Shown piece after piece: positions 35,776 through 44,975 of a DNA stretch of 64,000 bases (the first letter of the stretch is position 1; each line of letters opens with the position of its first letter). The notes beneath the pieces are model-generated. The model was not told the DNA's origin. It searched no databases and saw only the letters and a list, made by a program, of their open reading frames with translations. Origin of the DNA: a bacterium. Lineage in GTDB: Bacteria > Patescibacteriota > Microgenomatia > Daviesbacterales > UBA10151. The translations under genes and the position numbers were made by a program. The DNA is taken from NCBI GenBank assembly GCA_021786105.1, contig JAJYNW010000006.1:7012-71011 (forward strand), written 5' to 3'.

Positions 35776-36330
35776 ATGAAGTTGATTTGGCCAAAACATA
35801 CAATTTTGTTTACTTTTAAAGTATTAATTTTTTGCCTGGCGGTTTTTATGGCCATATTGTCAGCGTTGGTGTATTTGCCTTTGAAAACACCGCTTAAAAT
35901 GTTTGTAGTTTTATCCGGCAGTATGAACCCGGTAATTCCGGCCGGTTCGATTGTAATGGTTGAGCGTGAGCCGGTCTCGATTCAAAAGGGAGAGGTGATC
36001 ACTTTTATCCATCCAAATAAACCACTGGAGTTTGTTACCCACAGAGTTATTAATGTTGAGAGTCAAGGAAATACAGCTGTTTATCAAACAAAGGGAGATG
36101 CTAATAATATTCCGGATCAGTGGGTGGTAAAAAAAGAGGCTGTTTGGGGTAAAGCCACTTTTGTGGTGCCATTTTTGGGTTATCTAATCAACTTTGCCAA
36201 AACTAAGTTGGGGGTAGTGTTGATAATAGCGTTACCGCTGTTTTTAATAGCTGCCAGCGAAATGACAGTAATTGTTAAAGAAATTAAACGCCTTAGGCAG
36301 GCAAAGATTAAACTGCCGCAACTGGACTAA
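35776..36330 (+). CDS. SipW-type signal peptidase I (standalone, 184 aa)
   Basis: 'VVLSGSMNPVIPAGSIVMV' is box B with the catalytic Ser. 'VTHRVI' carries a His. N- and C-terminal TM helices. Confidence 0.8.
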   Translation: MKLIWPKHTILFTFKVLIFCLAVFMAILSALVYLPLKTPLKMFVVLSGSMNPVIPAGSIVMVEREPVSIQKGEVITFIHPNKPLEFVTHRVINVESQGNTAVYQTKGDANNIPDQWVVKKEAVWGKATFVVPFLGYLINFAKTKLGVVLIIALPLFLIAASEMTVIVKEIKRLRQAKIKLPQLD

Positions 36331-37031
36331 TGAAAAAAAATAAATCCTTATTTTTAGCAATAATTTTGATTTTGAGTTTTAACGTGCTGATGCTGGTGCC
36401 AACTACCCGGGCGCTTTTTACAGACAGTATCCAAGTGACAAATAACAATATTTCTACCGGCACCTGGCCGGCACCTACGCCAACCCCAACCGCAACTCCG
36501 GCTCCCACACCAACACCTACCCCGGCACCAACTGCTACACCAACCCCTGCTCCTACTGCCACTCCGGCACCGACGACGACTCCTAACCCGAATGCGGTTG
36601 ATACCAGAATTGATCCTGCTACTGCCACTGCTTCAGCTAGTCAGAACTTTACTGTTAATTTAGTAGTCAGTAACGCCCAAGATACGGGAGGATTCCAGAC
36701 AACTATTTCTTATGACCCAAACAAAGTAACTTTTGTCAGCGCAGCTTTGGGTCCATTCCTTACCAGTACCGGTAGAGCTCTTTATGGGACATTTGGGCCA
36801 ATGGTAGATTCTACAGCCGGGACTGTAACCTATGGAGCTAATACCCTCGGCCTTGCTCCGCTTGGACCTAATGGTGAAGGAACTATTGCCAGCTTTACCT
36901 TTACAACTAAATCAGTCGGCCAAAGCAGCTTGAATATTACTGATATGGAGGTTGACCGCCGTTTAGATACAGGTTCGGGTTCAATCCAGCCTAACGGCCA
37001 AATAACAGGAGGAACCGTCACTGCCCAGTGA
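36330..37031 (+). CDS. Secreted cohesin-like domain protein with a SipW-cognate signal ('..TTRALFTDS') and a PT-rich linker
   Basis: 'TRALFTDSIQVTNNNISTG' signal-type motif. PT linker 36470-36600. Cohesin-like 'QNFTVNLVVSNAQDTGGFQTTISYDPNKVTFVSAALGPF'. Confidence 0.55.
   Translation: MKKNKSLFLAIILILSFNVLMLVPTTRALFTDSIQVTNNNISTGTWPAPTPTPTATPAPTPTPTPAPTATPTPAPTATPAPTTTPNPNAVDTRIDPATATASASQNFTVNLVVSNAQDTGGFQTTISYDPNKVTFVSAALGPFLTSTGRALYGTFGPMVDSTAGTVTYGANTLGLAPLGPNGEGTIASFTFTTKSVGQSSLNITDMEVDRRLDTGSGSIQPNGQITGGTVTAQ
36470..36600. repeat. PT-linker coding repeat (PAPTPTPTATPAPTPTPTPAPTATPTPAPTATP)
   Basis: The minus-strand ORF 36308..36628 (GVGVAVGAGV...) is its shadow. Confidence 0.7.
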
Positions 37032-37687
37032 AACTTACTTTGAAGTTATTCGTTATAACTATAATGCTGGTTTTTACTCCTTTGCTACTAACAGGCTTAG
37101 TCAAAGCCGCGGATTTGGAAATTAGTTGTTCCGGTTCAGACAAAGATTGTTCAAAATCAACTGATGCTTCCTTGTTTAGCGCAACTGACGGGTTGTGGTT
37201 TCCCGGAAAAACTGTTTCCAAAATTATCTCTTTAAAAAATGACAGCGGGGCAGATCAAGTAATATCCGTCCAGGGGATCCGAAGAGGCAGAAGAGACGGC
37301 TTGGGGAATGTGTTATACCTGACTTTTGCCAACAACCAAACCAGTCAGATTGTTTGGCAGGGCACTTTAACCAGGCTTGATGCTAATAAATTAATTAATC
37401 TGGGTAGTCTTGCAGCTGGGGATAGCCTGGAAGTAAAGACGTCTTTAGGGATGTTAAAAACTGCCTCTGCTGACTTCGAAAACCAAAAAACTACCTTTGA
37501 TCTGACTTTTAATTTCCGAAGTGACAGCGAAAAAAATAACAAGACTGAAGAGAGAAAGAATGAGGGCCGGGTTTTGGGGCAATCAACTGAGGCGACCCCA
37601 GAGTCTTCCTGGATTTCAAAAATATTTACAGCCATTCATGGATTTTTCTCAAGAATTTTCAGTGTCTTTAATGTCTTTGCCCGGTGA
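37028..37687 (+). CDS. Secreted TasA-like domain protein; paralog of the N-terminal domain of 21858..22976
   Basis: Sec signal '..LVKAADL'. Motif-by-motif alignment with 21858 ('DGLWFPGKTVSKIISLKNDSGADQVISVQG'). Confidence 0.55.
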   Translation: MKLTLKLFVITIMLVFTPLLLTGLVKAADLEISCSGSDKDCSKSTDASLFSATDGLWFPGKTVSKIISLKNDSGADQVISVQGIRRGRRDGLGNVLYLTFANNQTSQIVWQGTLTRLDANKLINLGSLAAGDSLEVKTSLGMLKTASADFENQKTTFDLTFNFRSDSEKNNKTEERKNEGRVLGQSTEATPESSWISKIFTAIHGFFSRIFSVFNVFAR

Positions 37688-37735
37688 CAGCCTGAATTGA
37701 CATATGCAAGTTACCTATAGTAAACTTTAGAACTT

Positions 37736-38941
37736 ATGTCTATAGAATCTAAATTAAATAAGATAGAAAAACTTCTCCCGGTTAGTCGCAAGGGTGGAAT
37801 AAATATAGTTGGTGGAGTATTAATTACTGGTACGGCCTTGTTGATTGCTGCAAATCCGGATGCTGCAGCAGCATTTTTTGCTAAATTGAGTTCCCCGAGT
37901 GCAGTTTCCAGTATTCCTGCCGTTCCTACCCCAGGATTAGGAGCAATGACTGTTTACCAGGTTGAAAATGCCAACCCCACCAATCTTCTTGTTACATCAA
38001 TTATTACGGATACTGTGAGCTTTAAAACAGTCATAACTAATACTATTCCTGCATGCAGTACTTCCCAGATCCATCTTAGAGATATTAATCAAGTTTCCAG
38101 TCCTTTTAACGGAGCAATGACTGTTAGCGCGGATCAACCCATGAATGCAAGAATTGTCGGTTATGATTATCCGCCCGGGGTTGTGGTTACTACGACAATA
38201 AATCAGCAAGTACAAGCGGTAGATTTTAACGGAGACGGAAAAATAACCAATGCGGATATCCAACCTCCAGCTACCCGTTGGGGAATTGACGAATGTAATA
38301 CTGCTTATGCTTCGCAATATGATATCAGAAACGCAAATGGTGAAAAATATCCTGACGGCAAAATGAAAACTGGAGATATCCAAGCAGTATCCACCATGTG
38401 GGGTATGACCTACACCCTGCCCATCACTAATACGGCTCAGGCAGCGGCTTTAAAGCGGCCTTTGGCAATGGCGCCACAAGTGGATTTAAAACTTCAACCG
38501 TCAGATATTACTGTTTTGCCTGGAGGGACTTTCACCGTTAGCATTGAAGCGGATAATGTGACTGATCTGGCTGGATTTGAGGCTACACTGAAATATGACC
38601 CTGCGAAATTACAAATGACGGGTACTCTGTTAGGTAAGACAAGCCGACCCATGAAGCAACTAAGCCGTCCAACAGAAGACGGCAACGGTATTGTGGTAGA
38701 AGGTCATAGTCAGGGGATGCTTCCGGCGGGAGATAATGGCAATGTTGTTTTGGAAACCTTTTCTTTTAAGGCAGGAGGAGCGGGTAGTATTGATTTAACA
38801 CTGAGCGGTGCAGAAGTAAACTCACGCCTTAATGGCGGAATGGGTATTAGGTCTATAACTAATGCCAAGGTTTTAATTTCTGACCTTTTGCACAGGCTCT
38901 ATTTGCCTGGGGTATTCCGCTTATCGCCCTCGAAGCCTTAA
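37736..38941 (+). CDS. Cell-surface protein with a dockerin-like Ca-binding repeat and a cohesin-like domain
   Basis: 'VDFNGDGKITNADIQ' is a dockerin-type repeat. 'FTVSIEADNVTDLAGFEATLKYDPAKLQM' is a cohesin-like signature. N-terminal TM. Confidence 0.5.
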   Translation: MSIESKLNKIEKLLPVSRKGGINIVGGVLITGTALLIAANPDAAAAFFAKLSSPSAVSSIPAVPTPGLGAMTVYQVENANPTNLLVTSIITDTVSFKTVITNTIPACSTSQIHLRDINQVSSPFNGAMTVSADQPMNARIVGYDYPPGVVVTTTINQQVQAVDFNGDGKITNADIQPPATRWGIDECNTAYASQYDIRNANGEKYPDGKMKTGDIQAVSTMWGMTYTLPITNTAQAAALKRPLAMAPQVDLKLQPSDITVLPGGTFTVSIEADNVTDLAGFEATLKYDPAKLQMTGTLLGKTSRPMKQLSRPTEDGNGIVVEGHSQGMLPAGDNGNVVLETFSFKAGGAGSIDLTLSGAEVNSRLNGGMGIRSITNAKVLISDLLHRLYLPGVFRLSPSKP

Positions 38942-39000
38942 GTTGAACTAGTAAAGATCCTCTTTAACTCTTTGAGAGAAACTCAGGTATAATCAGACTT

Positions 39001-40413
39001 ATGAGATTAAGAAAGACTAAAATTATTTGTACTATTGGCCCGGCTTCCTGGGATAAATTAGAGCAGCTGATGCAAAATGGCATGGATTTGGCCCGGTTAA
39101 ATTTCTCTCACGGTACTCATGAGGAGAAGAAAGAACAAATAGTCAATATCAGAAAGCTTTCCCAAAAATTAAACAAACACGTAGCCGTCATTGCTGATCT
39201 GCAGGGACCTAAACTAAGACTGGGGACTTTTGAAGGAGAGAAAAGTATTACCCAAGGAGAGATTGTTCATTTGGCCTTAAATCCGGTGGCCGGGGAAATT
39301 CCTATTCAGTTTGATCTTTCCACTTACGTAAAAAAAGGACAGCGGATATTTTTGAACGATGGCTTGGTAGAATTAAAGGTAAGTAAACTTAAAGGAAAAA
39401 TTATCGAGGCAGTTGCACAAAATAACGGTTGGGTGGCTGCTAATAAAGGAGTAAATATTCCTGATACTTCATTAGGTAAAGACACTTTTACCGAGAAGGA
39501 TTATGCAGACGCGGAGTTTGCCCTAAAAGAAGGGGTGGATTTTTTAGCGATGTCTTTTGTGCAAAGGGCACAGGATTTGGATGCTTTGAAGGATTTGATC
39601 AAAAAACACAAAAGCAAAGCTAAAGTTATTGCCAAAATTGAGAAAAAAGAAGCAGCCGAAAACCTAAAAGACATTATTCTGGCCTCAGATGGGGTTATGG
39701 TAGCCAGAGGTGATTTAGCAATTGAAACTTCCGCGGCCAAAGTGCCGATTCTTCAGCAAGAAATAATTTCCCTGGCCCGTCAATTACGAAAACCAGTGAT
39801 CATCGCTACCCAAATGTTGGAGTCGATGGTTGGCAATCCCCGGCCTACCCGGGCCGAAGCGTCTGATGTGGCATATGCGGTTTTTAATCAAGTGGATGCG
39901 GTAATGCTGTCTGCAGAATCGGCTATCGGAAAATACCCGGTGGAAGCAGCAGCTACAATGCAGGATATTATTTTTTCCGTAGAAGAGAACCCTGATCTTG
40001 TACACTCTCTCAACATTGGATGGGAGAATTTGGATAAAGAAGAATTGCAGTTAAATGCTCTTGTTTCTTCTGCAGCTTCACTTGCTCGTAATATTCAATC
40101 TCCGCTTATTGCTGCGGCTACTGAAACAGGCAAGACTGCCCGCTATGTTTCTGCTTTCCGTCCCAACGCTGTGATTGTGGCAGCCGTTGCTGATGAAACG
40201 ATCCGAAACCAGCTGATGCTGATTTGGGGAGTACATCCTTTAATTGTGGAGCTTTCTCCTTCCAGTGATATTTATTTAAAAAGAATTATTGAAACAATTA
40301 AGAAAAAAAGGTTGGCAGAAAAGGGCAGCAAAATAGTGATGATTACCGGTTCAATTACCGGAGTCAGCGGAGCTACGGATACTGTTAAAATAGGCCGGAT
40401 TTGTGGAATTTAA
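39001..40413 (+). CDS. pyk: Pyruvate kinase
   Basis: 'KTKIICTIGPASWDKLEQLMQNGMDLARLNFSHG', 'MVARGDLAIE', 'ATQMLESM'. Confidence 0.95.
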   Translation: MRLRKTKIICTIGPASWDKLEQLMQNGMDLARLNFSHGTHEEKKEQIVNIRKLSQKLNKHVAVIADLQGPKLRLGTFEGEKSITQGEIVHLALNPVAGEIPIQFDLSTYVKKGQRIFLNDGLVELKVSKLKGKIIEAVAQNNGWVAANKGVNIPDTSLGKDTFTEKDYADAEFALKEGVDFLAMSFVQRAQDLDALKDLIKKHKSKAKVIAKIEKKEAAENLKDIILASDGVMVARGDLAIETSAAKVPILQQEIISLARQLRKPVIIATQMLESMVGNPRPTRAEASDVAYAVFNQVDAVMLSAESAIGKYPVEAAATMQDIIFSVEENPDLVHSLNIGWENLDKEELQLNALVSSAASLARNIQSPLIAAATETGKTARYVSAFRPNAVIVAAVADETIRNQLMLIWGVHPLIVELSPSSDIYLKRIIETIKKKRLAEKGSKIVMITGSITGVSGATDTVKIGRICGI

Positions 40414-40437
40414 AACCTCAACTAGGAACCTGGCTGA

Positions 40438-40563
40438 TGGTTTTATCATTTAAGCTCTTCGGAGCTAATGAATTTGGTGTACGTTTCTTCTCTGCCTTTT
40501 TTGGAATACTCATATTAATAACTGTCTATTTTAGCAAGAAGTATTTCGACAGACTTAGGTGAT
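40438..40563 (+). pseudogene. 41-codon remnant of a GT39/GT83 (ArnT/PMT-like) glycosyltransferase N-terminus
   Basis: 'MVLSFKLFGANEFGVRFFSAFFGILILITVYFSKKYFDRLR*' matches the first TM and loop of ArnT-family proteins (e.g. 'LFGDSEFALRLPSALAG'). The rest of the gene is absent; a Fic gene follows on the opposite strand. Confidence 0.5.
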
Positions 40564-40633
40564 CCAGTGGGTTTTCCGAGGAAGTAAATAATTTATCTGC
40601 ATTATCAAATTCTTGCACTTTTCCATTCATTGC

Positions 40634-41668
40634 TTATTTTTCCTTTAAGATATAGTAAGTCGCTTTGCCTTTACCTTTTCTGCTAATTAAGTCTAGCTCT
40701 ATTAATTTCTTAAAATCCAGTGCTCTGGTTGCTTTTGCCCGTTTAGCTAGTTTTGCATAATCACGGTCAGCAATAAATCCTTTTTCTTTTATAAATTCAA
40801 GGATTTTCAGATGGTATGGCTTAAGTTGAGTTTGGGGATTGATTCCAACATCCGGCAAGATTTTTTGGACTCTTAAAAGTTCATCGATAATTCCTTCGGT
40901 AAAGTACTCAAGCCATGACGTAAAATCAATCTTATCTATTAGTTCATAATAGTTCCCAAATTCACCAACTGTTTGAAAATATTTAGTAACATTTTTATTG
41001 TAGTAATTCTCAAAGCTAAACAAATTAAAGGTATTAAGTCCCATTTCGGCAAGTAATACTTTTGTAGCAAGACGAGTTGTTCTACCATTCCCATCCATAA
41101 AAGGATGAATAATTACAAGTTGCTTATGAAAGATAGCGGCTAAAATAAGTGGATCAACGGTATCTCTATTTGTATTTACAAATTTAACTAATTCTTCAAT
41201 CAAGGTCTTAACATCTTTTGCGTCCGGGGGTAAATAAATAACTTTTCTAGTTCGTGGGTCATTAACCACGACAGGTTTCCATCTTAGCTTTCCGGATTCA
41301 AATTTAGGTAGTAACCCTTCAGTAATTTGTTTTTGAATCTTTAGGATAAGATCAAGTGAAAGTCTAACCTTATTTTCATCAAGCTTTTTGTTTAAGTCTT
41401 GTAATGCTTGGTTATAGTTTAAAACCTCTTTTTCGCTATCTCTAATATGAGCAGGTTTTGATTTGAGGATTTTTTTAACCTCAGTTAAAGGAAGAGGATT
41501 GCCTTCAATACTGGTTGAGGCATATGTTGAAACTGCCCTTGCTGTTTTTTCTAACTCTACTAAGACAACATGGGGAAATCTTCTGTTATTTAATTCATTA
41601 ACCAAAGAATTAATTCTTTTTATATTTGCGAGGAGTTGATCTGTGATTATATATTTCTGATTAAACAT
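40634..41668 (-). CDS. fic: Fic/Doc-family protein (probable AMPylase) with a C-terminal wHTH-like region
   Basis: Canonical Fic motif 'HPFMDGNGRTTRL'. Confidence 0.9.
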   Translation of the reverse strand: MFNQKYIITDQLLANIKRINSLVNELNNRRFPHVVLVELEKTARAVSTYASTSIEGNPLPLTEVKKILKSKPAHIRDSEKEVLNYNQALQDLNKKLDENKVRLSLDLILKIQKQITEGLLPKFESGKLRWKPVVVNDPRTRKVIYLPPDAKDVKTLIEELVKFVNTNRDTVDPLILAAIFHKQLVIIHPFMDGNGRTTRLATKVLLAEMGLNTFNLFSFENYYNKNVTKYFQTVGEFGNYYELIDKIDFTSWLEYFTEGIIDELLRVQKILPDVGINPQTQLKPYHLKILEFIKEKGFIADRDYAKLAKRAKATRALDFKKLIELDLISRKGKGKATYYILKEK

Positions 41669-41715
41669 CTAGACGTATTATAGACGATTATTAGACGATT
41701 CGCAATGAGTAAAAC

Positions 41716-41848
41716 TTCGATCCCTGTGGCAAAGACGGTCATCTGTTACCAGTGCCGACATTCGCCCCCTAAAAGTAAGGACTTGTCCTGAGCGAACGAA
41801 GTGAGTCGAAGGATACTTTCACCGCAAGAATCATTCGGTAAAAGTATT
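41716..41848. repeat. Copy 2 of the ~110-nt intergenic repeat, carrying a 31-nt insertion (41783..41813) homologous to the E1 core
   Basis: tcgatccctgtggcaaag..acattcgccccctaaaagtaagg[acttgtcctgagcgaacgaagtgagtcgaagga]tactttcaccgcaagaatcattcggtaaaag aligns with 7472..7573 minus the insertion. The ORF track's 41801..42058 begins inside the insertion. Confidence 0.65.
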
Positions 41849-42294
41849 ATATATACTTGGTGTGTAGTACGTTATGTCAAGCATCGTAATTTTTTAATAA
41901 GGTATGAATGTATGAAAAATAAAAATTATTTAGCTCGATTTGCAAATGCCAGTTCCATTGCCTCATTTATGTTAGGTATTGTTATTGGGAAACTTGGCTG
42001 GAGCAGCAATGCAATAAAGGCTGATCTCCAAAATAAAAATCCAGAGTGTTTTCCGTAAAATACGCGGTATAAATAACTAAGCTTTGATTAGACCGTTATA
42101 TCAATCTAATCCCAGTCTGTTTTTAGCACTATCTGGTGAGCTATCTGTACCAATTTTCGAACTTGTATGATGGAATGATAGTTCTTTATCAGAAGCTTAT
42201 TCAACTATTCCCAAGCGTAGAAAAAGAAGGTTTTAGGGTTTTCTATATAATCAATTTATAGTAGGATGGGGGTTGCAGAAAACCGCCAAATGAA

Positions 42295-43338
42295 CTAATT
42301 ACTTGTAGGTGGATATTCCCAGCAAGAAGGTTGCCCATCTGGAACAGCAACCCACTTCTGCCATTTTGGAGATTTCTTTGCTTGATCCAATTCTTTCCGG
42401 GCTCTTTCTTCTAGTGCTGCCGGAGAGGATCCGTGTTCAACCCTTCGGACAGTCTCATTATATAGAGCTGTTTCTAGTAAAGTTTCACTATCTGCTGCTT
42501 CTCTTGGAATACTAGCACTGTAAAACTCAAGATTGGTCTGTTTTTGCTCTGTCCAACCGCTAAGAAAATGTTCACCTGGGTAGCCAACAGAAACCGAGGA
42601 TATGCATAATTCCTTTCTATCGTTTCCGGAATCTTGTTCTACATTAACTACTGTAATCCGCAAAGCGGTACTGTTTATAGCAGGTTCATATCTTTGTGTT
42701 TCTGGATGGCCGGGTGTGTAGTCACCAGAACCAATATTAAGTCTGCCTTCTACTTTAGGAACATACTGCATTCTCACACTAGGGTACTGATAAAATAGCT
42801 CCAACCCACCCATATCATGTGTCCAGTTATATGCATAATTTTGGTGCGTATAACAAGCTTTTTTACCTGCAATAAAAGTTCGTCCTGCCGCTCTTCTAAT
42901 TTCACCTCTGCCTCCCCATATTGTATCCTTGATATATTGCAACCTTTCCGCTACTCTAAATACTTCTAAGATACCATCCGTTTCTTTTCTTATTAATTCT
43001 TGTTGTTCTTCTTGTAGTTTTATTGCTTCTTGACGCCTCAATTTTTCTGATTTTGCAAATGCCTCTGCTGCGGCTGCCGCTTCTGCTGCTTTCATATTCT
43101 CTAGATCAAGCGCTTTCTGTTGATCTGCCGCTAGCCGTCCATCAACAACTGAATTAATTTTATCTGCAAAATTCTCTAATCCCGGTGGAGGTTGTCCAAA
43201 TGTTGGTTGACTTGTTATTAGAGTAGGATTTTTTGATGGTTCAGTTATTCCGAAAATTCTTCTTAAAAATCCAGGGAGACAACCTTGAGGTTCTTGAGGG
43301 GCAGTTATACCAGTTTGCTTAGGTGCTTCTGCTGACAT
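42295..43338 (-). CDS. Hypothetical protein (Pro-rich N-terminus, Ala/Glu coiled-coil, globular C-terminal domain)
   Basis: 347 aa, no recognisable motif. Lies in the Fic/tRNA-Lys island next to a 2H phosphoesterase. Confidence 0.5.
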   Translation of the reverse strand: MSAEAPKQTGITAPQEPQGCLPGFLRRIFGITEPSKNPTLITSQPTFGQPPPGLENFADKINSVVDGRLAADQQKALDLENMKAAEAAAAAEAFAKSEKLRRQEAIKLQEEQQELIRKETDGILEVFRVAERLQYIKDTIWGGRGEIRRAAGRTFIAGKKACYTHQNYAYNWTHDMGGLELFYQYPSVRMQYVPKVEGRLNIGSGDYTPGHPETQRYEPAINSTALRITVVNVEQDSGNDRKELCISSVSVGYPGEHFLSGWTEQKQTNLEFYSASIPREAADSETLLETALYNETVRRVEHGSSPAALEERARKELDQAKKSPKWQKWVAVPDGQPSCWEYPPTSN

Positions 43339-43379
43339 AACAGCTTGATTTTACCCCTCTAAACCAATAAAGTCAAAAT

Positions 43380-43952
43380 ATGAAGAATTTTAGCTCTTAT
43401 TTTATCGGAATCCCTCTACCACAAAAGTATCAACTGGATTTTGAAACTTTACAGGCCGATGTCTCTCAAATCAGTCCTTTATTTAAAACAACCCACCCTA
43501 AAACTCCCCACATTACTGTTTACTACTTAGATAAACTGCCTCAATCTTCCTTGCCAAAAATAGCAGAAGAAGTTAAGAAACACTTAGAAATACTAAAAGA
43601 AGCTAAATTAAAAGTAGGTGGTTTTGGGTATTTTGGTAAGGATAAACCAAGAATACTATTTGCAGATGTTAAATATCCACCGGAGTTACTGGAATTTAAT
43701 AAGTTAATTTCCGAAAGCTTATCTGTTTATTCAGCATATGATAGCAGCTTACCATTTCGTCCTCATGTTACAGTAGCCTGGGTAGGAGATCCTGATGCTC
43801 AATTAGCTTTTAAAGCTAATATGTCAGAATTAAGATCAATAGTTGAAAAAGTTAACTGGACATTTGATGTTACAGAAGTAGTTTTATATGGAGTTGATAC
43901 TACAAAAAAACCAGAGTACCACGAAAGATTAATAACTATTGAAGTTAGATAA
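43380..43952 (+). CDS. 2H phosphoesterase superfamily protein (LigT/ThpR-like 2'-5' RNA ligase / cyclic phosphodiesterase)
   Basis: Two H-x-T-x motifs: 'HITVYY' and 'HVTVAWV'. Confidence 0.65.
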   Translation: MKNFSSYFIGIPLPQKYQLDFETLQADVSQISPLFKTTHPKTPHITVYYLDKLPQSSLPKIAEEVKKHLEILKEAKLKVGGFGYFGKDKPRILFADVKYPPELLEFNKLISESLSVYSAYDSSLPFRPHVTVAWVGDPDAQLAFKANMSELRSIVEKVNWTFDVTEVVLYGVDTTKKPEYHERLITIEVR

Positions 43953-44107
43953 ATAACCTTATTTTACTGTTTGGGTTTCGAACTATTTTATGCCTAAGAA
44001 AAAGAAGAAATTAACTGACATATTATTAACGAACCAGCACTATAACAGCAAAATTAAATCCAGCAGTTGAATTTTTGAAAACCTATAATCCAACTCTGGA
44101 CAAACTG

Positions 44108-44180
44108 TGAGCCGGGTGGGGCTCGAACCCACGACCGAAGGATTAAGAGTCCTTTGCTCTACCAACTGAGCTACCGGCCC
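44108..44180 (-). tRNA. tRNA-Lys (anticodon CUU)
   Basis: Reverse complement: GGGCCGG-TA-GCTC-AGTTGGTA-GAGC-A-AAGGA-CTCTTAA-TCCTT-CGGTC-GTGGG-TTCGAGC-CCCAC-CCGGCTC-A. Confidence 0.9.
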
Positions 44181-44199
44181 ATACAATCATTATCTATCA

Positions 44200-44346
44200 A
44201 TTGTTAAACGTACTTCCTGCAAAAAACCTTCGGCCTTGCTCTTCCTGGGATGACAATTATTTTAAGCTATCCGCTGATCGCGGATTAATTTGTAGTTATC
44301 CCGTTTAAGCCGGTTTACGGCTTTAACCCAACTGAGCTACCGGCCC
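44200..44346 (-). ncRNA. tRNA-Lys-associated structured element B (first 19 nt of tRNA-Lys(CUU) plus conserved hairpins); homolog of 8519..8650
   Basis: Minus-strand reading: GGGCCGGTAGCTCAGTTGGG + hairpin AAGCCG/CGGCTT + GGGATAAC..GTCATCCC + ATCCGC-GATCA-GCGGAT + GAGCAAGG.... Stem 1 differs from element A by fully compensatory changes. Confidence 0.5.
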
Positions 44347-44450
44347 AAGGTTTATATTCTACCAATTTACGCACTAAAGCGCTACTTTGGCGATAATGTA
44401 ATTTATATACCGCTGAGCTTGTTTGTTTATGATATTCCCAATAAATTGCA

Positions 44451-44927
44451 TTGTCAGGTCCTCTATGTTATATTAGGCCAAATCTGCCCGCAATAAAGAA
44501 TATGGCAGTCGAATGGGATCATGGTAGAAAATCTATTGATGGTAAGGTAGTGTTCAGTGTTCAACATAATTCTGTACTACATCTTGTTTCATTTCCACAA
44601 GCAGTTAAAGAAGAACAAATAAGAGATCTTGTTCAGGAAAGAAAATTACGAGGAGTAACTCCAGATGAATGGGTGGATTTTCTCGCCGATCAAAGATTAG
44701 AAAAAGCTGATTGTGATATTGCCTTAATGTTCACTGGACAATGGGATGATTCTGAGGCCCGTTTTCCGGCTACTATGGTGTACAGGACTCATACCAGGGA
44801 AATGGAGATGGTTTCCAATTGGTTACGAGTATATTGGGAGCCGGGATATGCTTTTCTCTTTGCCGAAGAATCTCCTGAGCACCATCGAGTAAGGAGAATC
44901 ATAGACTCCTCGGAATGGGCAAGATAA
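44451..44927 (+). CDS. Hypothetical protein
   Basis: 158-aa ORF, no motif recognised. Confidence 0.4.
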   Translation: MSGPLCYIRPNLPAIKNMAVEWDHGRKSIDGKVVFSVQHNSVLHLVSFPQAVKEEQIRDLVQERKLRGVTPDEWVDFLADQRLEKADCDIALMFTGQWDDSEARFPATMVYRTHTREMEMVSNWLRVYWEPGYAFLFAEESPEHHRVRRIIDSSEWAR

Positions 44928-44975
44928 TTATTTATTTTAAACCTCTAAGATACAGAATATGCTAGACTGGCTTTA

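Noticed and set aside
36308-36628. Minus-strand ORF encoding GVGVAVGAGV repeats
   Set aside because: It is the antisense shadow of the Pro/Thr linker codons of the plus-strand cohesin-like gene, not an independent gene.
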